The translations under genes were made by a program, and so were the position numbers. Positions 1-8,300 of a stretch of 45,414 nucleotides of DNA are shown piece after piece. The stretch is from the NCBI GenBank assembly GCA_037386725.1, contig JARRLT010000002.1, forward strand, positions 1 to 45,414, read 5' to 3'. Position 1 is the first letter of the stretch, and each line of letters opens with the position of its first letter. A model generated the notes under the pieces. The model was not told the origin of the DNA, did not search any database, and saw nothing but the letters and a program-made list of their open reading frames with translations. Origin of the DNA: Promethearchaeota archaeon (GTDB lineage Archaea; Asgardarchaeota; Lokiarchaeia; Sigyniarchaeales; SOKP01).

Positions 1-675
1 CATTTCAGCGACGATGACGACATACATTTCGCCGTTGTCGATGAATATCATTTGCGGATTTTTTCTTAAGAATTTATCAGCAATAGCCTTTGGTACTTTA
101 TTCATGCTACAAGAAAGATTAGGGCATCTCTTACAAGCGTCACCTAATAATACCTTGCTAAAGTAATACACCACACCTGCAAAAATAACTGTAATTACAA
201 TTAAACTAACACCAATAATAATCGATTCGGGTAAGGTTAAGATGAAATAAATGATGCCAAATATTACCCCAATAAATGGAAAAAGATCTATAAATGCTCC
301 TAATATTACCATGCTTCTTTTTTCAAACTTAGTAGTCGGAGACGGATCATATTTCCATAATTTAGGCATTCCTCGTAATGCCCAACATTTTAAGGTTTTT
401 CCTGGTTTTGTATAGAAAGGGCAATGCCGACAAAGCAGTAAGGGTTCAATTACCAAAAAAGTTAAAGCCAATATACCAGCATAGGTTATTAACCACCACC
501 ATTGAGAACTTAAGATTCCTACTAAGCTAAAAATAACAATTGCCAGAGTTCGATATGTAATGTTACCTAAGACGAAGTTTCTCACTCGTTTCGGATCAAC
601 TTTACATATAATAGAATCATCTATTTCACAATTTTGACAATCTACATCGCCTTTACAAAGTTTTTCGTTTTTCAT
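1..675 (-). CDS. Cys-rich polytopic membrane protein of unknown function. The N-terminus is complete and the C-terminus runs off the window edge.
   Basis: Absent from the ORF track because it is truncated by the window. Manual translation of the minus strand from the ATG at 675-673 gives 225 uninterrupted codons down to position 1 (all 225 triplets checked for stops): MKNEKLCKGDVDCQNCEIDDSIICKVDPKRVRNFVLGNITYRTLAIVIFSLVGILSSQWWWLITYAGILALTFLVIEPLLLCRHCPFY... It has about four hydrophobic helices and clustered cysteines (CKGDVDCQNC, CRHC, CKRCPNLSC). A purine-rich SD-like GAAGGA lies about 7 nt upstream of the ATG. Confidence 0.6.
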   Translation of the reverse strand, partial: MKNEKLCKGDVDCQNCEIDDSIICKVDPKRVRNFVLGNITYRTLAIVIFSLVGILSSQWWWLITYAGILALTFLVIEPLLLCRHCPFYTKPGKTLKCWALRGMPKLWKYDPSPTTKFEKRSMVILGAFIDLFPFIGVIFGIIYFILTLPESIIIGVSLIVITVIFAGVVYYFSKVLLGDACKRCPNLSCSMNKVPKAIADKFLRKNPQMIFIDNGEMYVVIVAEM

Positions 676-710
676 TCTATTTTCCTTCTAAAGAGTTGAT
701 ATAATTTTTA

Positions 711-718
711 TATATAAA
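711..718 (-). promoter_or_regulatory. TATA-box-like element (TTTATATA on the minus strand) upstream of the 1-675 gene
   Basis: The plus strand reads TATATAAA at 711-718, which is TTTATATA on the minus strand and ends 36 nt upstream of the ATG at 675. That spacing would give a short leader containing the GAAGGA motif. AT-rich context makes chance matches likely. Confidence 0.3.
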
Positions 719-764
719 GTTAAAGTAGAATAATTTAAATATATCTTCTGGTAAAATTATGATG

Positions 765-773
765 AGAAAATAA
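765..773 (-). terminator. T-rich tract immediately after the encoded CCA of the tRNA-like unit
   Basis: The minus strand reads TTATTTTCT directly 3' of ...GGCCCACCA. This is compatible with an oligo-T termination signal. Confidence 0.3.
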
Positions 774-838
774 TGGTGGGCCGAGGGAGATTTGAACTCC
801 CGACCTCTTGCACGTCAAGCAAGCGTCCATGGCGTCCC
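774..838 (-). tRNA. tRNA-Val(GAC)-like 65-nt unit with a canonical anticodon arm, variable loop, T-arm, 3' acceptor strand and encoded CCA, but no D stem-loop and no proper 5' acceptor strand
   Basis: The reverse complement of 774-838 reads GGGACGC CATGGACG CTTGC TTGACGT GCAAG AGGTC GGGAG TTCAAAT CTCCC TCGGCCC A CCA. This gives a perfect 5-bp anticodon stem, a 7-nt loop T-T-GAC-G-T, a 5-nt variable loop, a 5-bp T stem with a TTCAAAT loop, discriminator A and CCA. The expected 5' strand GGGCCGA is absent here and in the next ~90 nt (no TCGGCCC on the plus strand at 839-930). Only 15 nt precede the anticodon stem. GGGACGC can pair with 5 of the 7 positions of TCGGCCC. Confidence 0.55.
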
Positions 839-851
839 AATTTTTCAAACT

Positions 852-871
852 TAATTTTATATATAAAATTA
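852..871. promoter_or_regulatory. 20-nt perfect AT palindrome carrying TTTATATA on both strands; candidate bidirectional TATA element
   Basis: TAATTTTATATATAAAATTA at 852-871 is its own reverse complement. On the minus strand, TTTATATA (867-860) sits at -29..-22 relative to G838, the first base of the tRNA-like unit. On the plus strand, TTTATATA (856-863) lies 64 nt upstream of the GTG at 927. Confidence 0.35.
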
Positions 872-926
872 TTTTATAATAACTTAAGATAAGCCAAAAT
901 TGAATTAATTTAGGAAATGAGCCAAT

Positions 927-2315
927 GTGGAGTTTCAAATTAACAAGTACATCTCAGTCAAGTTAGAAAAATTAGCAGGTCATAAACGAAGACGAACGGT
1001 TATCTATATCAATGAAGAGGAATTCATTCATTGTAAATACATATTATTAGAGATTCCAAAAGATAAGTGGAGTTCAGAAGAAATAAATGAAATTTCTTCC
1101 ATTGATGATGCTGCTGAAAAATTGGGAAGGCAATTAGAACCGCATGGTCCTGATTGGGAGGAAGATATCGATAAATTAAACGATTATTTATCGGATGAGG
1201 AAGAATTCTGGGCTCATTGCAGCAACCTTCAAGCGTGGGCTGAATATGGGTATGATACAAGGTTTTTACGTAGTAATTTGGCATTTCCATTACTCAAAGA
1301 ACTCATATATGCTGGTGATCCGAAAGCTAAAAGAATATTTAAAGAAGAAGTAGTGAAGCGTTATATTGAAGGTGATGAAAGTGTTAGAACTTTTTTAATC
1401 CTACAAGGTTACATTTCTAAACTCTCGATTGAAGAAAGAGATTTATTGTTTGGATCGGATCGAGATCAAAACGCAATAAAAGAACTAGAAGAAATATTTG
1501 AAAAAACATTTGTTCTTAGGCCGCCTAGGTATACTAATCGAACACATTTAGTAGGCGGAAGTTTCGGTCTTAGGAATAGAAAAGTGATATGGATTAACCT
1601 TTCCAGCGAAACACTTAGGCAATTACCTTTAGTATTAAAAGAGTTGAAAAATATAGAATTCTTAGAACTTTATTTTCCGAACGTTACTGAAATTCCTGAA
1701 TGGATTGGGGAATTTCCTAAATTAAAGCAATTAATAATTACCCAAACACCAATTAAAACTCTACCTGAGAACATAGGTAACCTTAAAAACTTAGAGAAAT
1801 TAGTTATAAATTGGTGTCATCTAGAAAAGATTCCAATATCAATAAAAAAATTAAAACTTTTAGTTGAATTAGACTTAAATAAAAATAAATTGAAAGAATT
1901 ACCAGAATCTATTGGAAATCTTTCTTCTCTTGAAAGTCTCTCATTAATGGATAATAAAATAAATCTGCTTCCAGATTCCTTTGGAAAATTAGAAAATTTG
2001 AAAGAATTGCTGATTAGTAAAAATGAATTTACAATTTTTCCAGATTTCATTAGAGAATTAAAAACTTTAGAAAGATTAATAATCAGCAAGAATAAAATTA
2101 AAGTGCTACCGGAATTTATTTTAGATCTTTCCAACCTCAAGGATTTAATAGTAGATCAATCAATTCAAATGTTGGATGAATTTAAAACAAATTTAGAAAA
2201 TCTAAGAAATTCTGCGAAATGTTCGAACATAAACCGTGCTCTTCCGATATCTGTACCCCTGTTGGTAAATACGGTAATGTCAACAAAATCAGTTTCTCTG
2301 AAAACACCAAGATGA
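927..2315 (+). CDS. Leucine-rich repeat (LRR) protein with an N-terminal ~220-aa domain of unknown function
   Basis: 462-aa ORF. The frame opens at 921 after a TGA, and GTG at 927 is the first possible start (no in-frame ATG until about aa 341). The C-terminal half is a textbook LRR, with repeating LxxLxLxxNxLxxLPxxIGxLxx units. The last ~49 aa (2165-2315) are encoded antisense to the end of ORF-C. Confidence 0.8.
   Translation: MEFQINKYISVKLEKLAGHKRRRTVIYINEEEFIHCKYILLEIPKDKWSSEEINEISSIDDAAEKLGRQLEPHGPDWEEDIDKLNDYLSDEEEFWAHCSNLQAWAEYGYDTRFLRSNLAFPLLKELIYAGDPKAKRIFKEEVVKRYIEGDESVRTFLILQGYISKLSIEERDLLFGSDRDQNAIKELEEIFEKTFVLRPPRYTNRTHLVGGSFGLRNRKVIWINLSSETLRQLPLVLKELKNIEFLELYFPNVTEIPEWIGEFPKLKQLIITQTPIKTLPENIGNLKNLEKLVINWCHLEKIPISIKKLKLLVELDLNKNKLKELPESIGNLSSLESLSLMDNKINLLPDSFGKLENLKELLISKNEFTIFPDFIRELKTLERLIISKNKIKVLPEFILDLSNLKDLIVDQSIQMLDEFKTNLENLRNSAKCSNINRALPISVPLLVNTVMSTKSVSLKTPR
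1587..2156 (+). repeat. 8-9 tandem ~23-aa leucine-rich repeats (protein-level repeat)
   Basis: IEFLELYFPNVTEIPEWIGEFPK / LKQLIITQTPIKTLPENIGNLKN / LEKLVINWCHLEKIPISIKKLKL / LVELDLNKNKLKELPESIGNLSS / LESLSLMDNKINLLPDSFGKLEN / LKELLISKNEFTIFPDFIRELKT / LERLIISKNKIKVLPEFILDLSN, plus flanking partial units. Confidence 0.8.
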
Positions 2316-5300
2316 TTATCATATCCATTAAATTCTCTCATAATCATTTGAAACTCCCCCTCCTTTTCACCCCACCACGAGGGGCAATTAAATCTATCGC
2401 GTTCACGCTGCGAGCTACTAAGAAGATATGATGTATCATATAATTTACCGCGCCCAAAAGTCAGGAAATGAGGTGTCATTTTATCGATATTGGTTAATTC
2501 CCCTTGCTGTACAATCGCCATGATTCGGGGATTAAATGAAGTGTAAAAAAGCATAGTTTGGATAGCTTCATGGAGTTCGTTCTCATTTTTTGGATCAAAT
2601 TTAATTTGAGATTCAGTGATTCCATATTCATAAAATTTACTAGAGATTAATCCTCTTGCGATATTAATACCAGCACCGGTTTCAGCTGAAAAAGTAATTG
2701 TAAAAGGACCATCATCCTTATGTTGTTTAAAAAGTTTATAGAAAAATATATACGCGTCTTTAAATCTACCCTTTCTCTCTTCATTAAGATGCTCTAAATA
2801 ATCTAGTATATATCCGGGCTGATGTTCATTGTTTTCACTACTATAATCTGAATGGGGGGTAAAAGTTAAGGCGTAAATGATATCCTTTTCTATTGACCTT
2901 AAAATCTCAAATGGTACTTCCACTTGAAAATCGGAATGGAAAAAATCATTTGGTCTAATTGTAGAAAGGGGACCAGTTCCACCTCTTGTTGCACCTTTAA
3001 GCTGCAATAGAGCATTAGTGCCAGAATAGAGTGCATACCGAAGAATTTCAATAAAATTTAAATTTGATCGACCTTCCCGCGTTTCAGTTTTTGATGGTCT
3101 ATCTATATAATATCCAAAGGTATATAATGCCATCTCTACTGTTCTTCGAACCCAATCTTTAGGATTTCCATTTTCAAATTGATTTGGCCAAGATCTTTTC
3201 AATTTATCTGTTACCGCCTTTTCGACTAAAGGAAAAATTTTTTCCATTAATAGTCGTTTTCCATTAACAATTTTATCGGGACCTTCAATTTCATTCACAA
3301 AATTCCAATATCTATTGTAAATAAAAATTGTTACTTTATAATAATCAGTTGACGTTTTCGGATTATACAAATTAGTTAATTCGTCAATGAATCTTGTAAT
3401 TCCAATTTTATTTGGGTTTATTTCTAACAATAATGGTTCCTCATGATTATTCAATTCAAAGGAAATCTCAAATCCTTGAGTAAACAAACTTATGAATGCA
3501 TTATATAAGGTTTTCTTGTTTTTACTGCCATAACTAAAAGGGTGTTCCCCGCGCTTTCCATTAGGGATAACTTTAGATTCAAAGAGCATCGAACCTAAGG
3601 AAATTTTTTTATGCTTACTTGTTTCTACTTCCCAATTATTGTTAAAGGATTGACCAACACCCCAGAAGTTGAAAATAAATTGCCCATTTAATTTACTAAT
3701 ATGCATAATCCCTAAATACAACAACATTAATGTAGGATAGCCGAGAAGATCTAATAATTGCTCTTTTACAGCTTCAAATAGTTCAGGTATATCTTCTTCA
3801 TTATCAAATGACAATCCTACATATTCTCTTGGAAAATTCCTGAAATAACTATTCTCTCCACGTATTTCAATATCTTTTTTAATAATTTGAAACCAAGTTT
3901 TAAAAAACCCTAGATTCCCTGCAAAAGAAGGATTCCTCTTTATATCAATTAAAATTCCATCTTTATATTCTTTTGTAGCATAACGGTTAATTTCCTCAAA
4001 TTTATTTGAGTCCGAACCAAAGTTACCTATTAACGTATTAAATATTTCTTGATACCCGTTATAAGTATATTTAATTTTATCTTCAAGTAGATTAAAGAGA
4101 TCATCCCTAAAGGCAAGTTCCTGTATTTTCTCTGAAAGAGATTTAATACCTATAAGTTTATACAATTTGAAAAATAAAGTATCCATTTGGTTTATTATCC
4201 AATCATTTTTATCAATTTCCTTTTCTTCCTTAATAATTACACCTTCGTTATATCCTTTATTAATTTTCGATTCCTTGTATAGATTATAAGGAAAAATTCC
4301 TTGATACTTCTCAATAAATCGAGTGTTAAGTATATCTCTCTGAAAAAATGGAATGAGTTTCTCACCTGTAATTTTCACCATTGATCGGTAATGGTTTATT
4401 AACATATCTCCTCTAGTAGTTTCGATTATATTTGAGTGAAGATATTTTTCAAACCAATTTTCTTTCTCGATTTTAAATTGCTTATTCTCAAAGTCAAGGG
4501 AAATAAGACCGTTTAAAAGATAACCTTCTTCGTCAGTAATAAAGATGTCAGGTAAAATTAACTGTTTGTCTGAATCGTAAAAACCTAAACACCAATCCGT
4601 AGGAAGGTCTTCAAGATACATTGCAGAAATCATTCCTCGTTCCCCAGTTCTTTTGTTATACATATGCACCATAACACTTGAAATTTCTCTATCTCCTATT
4701 TCATTAATTGTTTTTAAAGTACTGGTCGCTGAGTCATAAATTTTGAACTCTGCGGGAAATAATATTGTTCGCGCTTTAATATCACTCTTAAAATAGTGAA
4801 CGATTACCTCTTGCCATATCAATATAAATTTATTATTTGGCAGTTCTCGCAAGAGTTTTCCCGCATCCATCGTAAAAGTATCCATAATTTCTTCATATTC
4901 TTGATCCCAGTTTTCCAACAATTGTGCAAATTTTGTTATATCTTCCACTAAACCTTTTTCCTTAGAATAAATTTCCAGTGCAAATTCTTTGATCTTAAAG
5001 TAAGCTTCGTTAGTATTGAAAAATTCGTCTAGTTTATCTTCACATTGTCCCTCAGATAACAATCCATTAAATAGATTTTTACCATTGATAAAGTCAACAA
5101 TTCGTTCCATTAATTCCATATGTAGTTTTCCCTTGGATATCCCTTTAATATTCTTTATATCCTTTATTTTGGTAATTTTTACGTAATTCTTGAACATTTC
5201 ATATATCATACTTGAATCTGTTATGGGAGAAACTAAAAATGAAATATGCTCTGGACCTAAAACATTTTTCAAACTCATTGTTCTCGAAAAATGAAAAAGG

Positions 5301-8300
5301 AATTCTGGTAAAAGAGTCCCAATGACATCAACAGGTAAATTTTCAACGATTCTTTCGACTGATCGTTTCATCTTTTCATTGGTCGAACTTCGATATGATT
5401 TAATGTGGGTAGAAATGCTTTTCTTAATTTGAGTAGTACCATCAGGAAGCTTCTGCGCTAAATATTTTACAAATCCATCAAATTCTCTTCCGTTTTTCGG
5501 AAATTCCTTGAATTTTTTAACCATATCAATCTCATTGTTTAAGAATTCTAAAAGAGCTGAATATGAATCTTTTCCTAAAACTTCTCTAAAATGCTCATTC
5601 AATTTTCTATCAAATTGCCCAGGATTAAATTCCACAAATTGATATTTCGCATATAAATATCCTTTAACAGCCCAAAATTCCGCAAATAAGTCAGTTGGGT
5701 TTAGTTCTAAGTTAAAGAAATAATCAGATTCTCCCTTCCAGCCATGAAAAGTAGTAGACATTATATCCAACTTCATACCACCAACAAAGCTTAAGGGATT
5801 GAATGCTTCGGTTAAAGTGCGTATAAGAACTTCAATTCCTTCACTACATAACCATTCTCTCATTTCAGTGGATAATTCTTCAAGCTTCTTTTTATCATTA
5901 GCATATTCAGCAAATGTTTCTTGTACTGTTTGGGAAATTTCTATTTCATTTTCTGTTTTTAGGTTGTGAAATCCAAACTCATTTCTCATTAAATGTTCAT
6001 AAGTGACTATTTTAAGTACTCGCTCTAAATAAAAGTTAATAAGATTATTAGAAGTTTTATCAAGTACTTCATTAAATTTAGTTTGGATTATATCTTGCAA
6101 CATTTCATTATACTCATCCTCATATTGCTCATGAAATTCCTTCTTTTCCGCATCTGATAGACCCAAAGTATCCATAATTTGATCGATTTTTCCTAAATAT
6201 GTTTCTTCAGTCATTGTTTTTAATTTCTTTTTAAGCCATGTTCTCTTAGCAACTGAATCTACTCCTGACCCAATTAATTCTTTAAATTTAGTCTTAAAAG
6301 CTTTAATTGGTTTATCCCACGCTTCAGTAAATACTTTTTCCATATTTTCAAAGTCGTTAAAATTTTCTATTGCATATTGAAGGTTATAACCCGATCTGAA
6401 ATCACATGAAATGAGTGCATCCTTTGTTACAAGATGGAACTCTATATCTGTATCAAGGTCACTTGAATATTCTCTATTTACCCAATATATTCTAAATGGT
6501 CTCTCAGATGTAAAATAATCTTCTAGTTGTTGTTTGATCATCTCATCACTATCGGTATAAAGAGGTTGCCCTGTCTCTTCCCAGTATATCTCTTTTAAGA
6601 TATTAATAATATTAGTATTGTCGTCCCATTTTTTATCTTCATATTGATTGGAAAAGCCTCCGTACACCACTTTTATTTCCAAATTCTTACGATTTAAACC
6701 ATACTCTTCTCTGAGTTTTTTCCCATATTTATCCAAGATTTGCTTTCTAATTTCTTGCTCAAATACCTTTTTGGTCCAACTTGGTTTAAATTCAAAGCTA
6801 GTTTTCTCTCCAAGAAACTCATAATCGGGATCAATTGTGGAAGCTTCGGAGGCAAGTGGAAGGCTATCTCCTTCAATACTTAATTTTATTGTTGTACCTT
6901 CTTCTTTACTAAGGTATCGTTCTTCAAGACTCAAGTGTTTAACATTTTGCACCTTAGTTTTTATTTCTTTTACTAAATCTTTAAGTAATTGAAATTGTTG
7001 TTCTCTACTGGGACCTAAGTTACTTCTCCAATCAGAATAGGTTGGAGGCTCATAAGTATCAATATCTTGGAGAGGATCGTATTCTACGAAGAGATTTTTG
7101 AAAGGTATTCTATCATTTCGAGGATCTGGGTTGATAAATGGTGTTACAGCAATACTAGGATTATTCTCATGAGCGCGCTTAAATAGGGCTCTTTGAATTG
7201 GATCTCCAAATAGGAAAGTCTTTATTTTAATAAGTCCCCGTACGATGGGGCTCGTTGGTTCAAGTCCAAACACATTTGCCATATTTTTTCTTCTATAGTA
7301 ATCTGCTATTTTGTTCTTGAGATAGTTATTGAATTTTTCTCCGACATATTCATCGACATCCCCGAGAATACCAGTTAAAGTAACAACCGATCCCGAGAAA
7401 AGGTCACCGAATAAGAAAGAAGGAATTGCCATTAGAAAACCGCGTAAAGCGTTCGATTTAAGGAAATTAATTACCTTTCCACCTCTGGCACTTTGCTCGC
7501 TCGCCAATCGAGCGGCTTCATTATATTGGTTTCGAATCTCTTCGGCGAACTTTGCTCTAAATTCTGAATTTGATAATCCCGACTCCGCTTTTGCATTTGA
7601 ATACCATGATCGATAATCGGACCATACATCGATTTTTAGTTTGCTTGATATCCACGCACCTCCTTTTATTGCTAATCTTCCTAAAGGACCCATCAAGGTT
7701 TCTCTAAGCGAAGTTAGTATGTTTTGAAACCAAAATATCGCGTTTTGATCCCATCCCTTTGATGTTGCGTATCCTTCTGCCCATGATTCAATATATTCAT
7801 CAAGAAATATCTCTTCGATTACTTCCTCTACCGGTTCCTTTATAAGAGAAATAGGGAATTTAATAATGTTAGTAAGCAAAGAATTAACCAAAGCCCCCGT
7901 TCCTCCTTTTACAAACGAGATTAATCCCTCTGTCCCTATATTCATCCCTGTAGAAATTATAGTGGTCCAAAACGTGGATTCGATTGTAACCCTGGTTGTA
8001 TGCGCTACCTCTGCCATCACATAGGACATTCTTTCTGCAAAAGTAGCTTGGGCGAAATAATCCATAATGGCATATTGAGTGGCTTGATAGAGTGCTAATT
8101 GATCATAAGTAATTCCGTTTATACTATTGGTATCACTTTCCTTAACGAGTTTATTAAAATTAATAGTGACAGTATAATATGCAGAACCTGAGCTCATTAC
8201 AGGAGTAACAAGATCCTCAAGTGGTTCATAAAAATAGATGTTTCCATCTTTAATTTCGTATTGATCCTGGGTTAATAGCTTGCTATTTTCTTCTGTAAGG

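Noticed and set aside
735-938. 67-aa minus-strand ORF from the track
   Set aside because: It is simply a translation through the GC-rich tRNA-like unit (774-838) and AT-rich intergenic DNA. It has no coding-like features.
1024-2431. Small ORFs at 1024-1290 (-), 1817-2140 (-) and 2219-2431 (+)
   Set aside because: They lie antisense or out of frame within the LRR gene and the ORF-C 3' end. Their translations are low-complexity, as expected for shadow frames.
6694-7616. ORFs at 6694-6876 (-) and 7329-7616 (+) inside ORF-C
   Set aside because: These are off-frame or antisense shadows. The 95-aa plus-strand ORF coincides with a locally GC-richer (Ala/Gly-coding) patch of ORF-C, where stop codons are naturally rarer.
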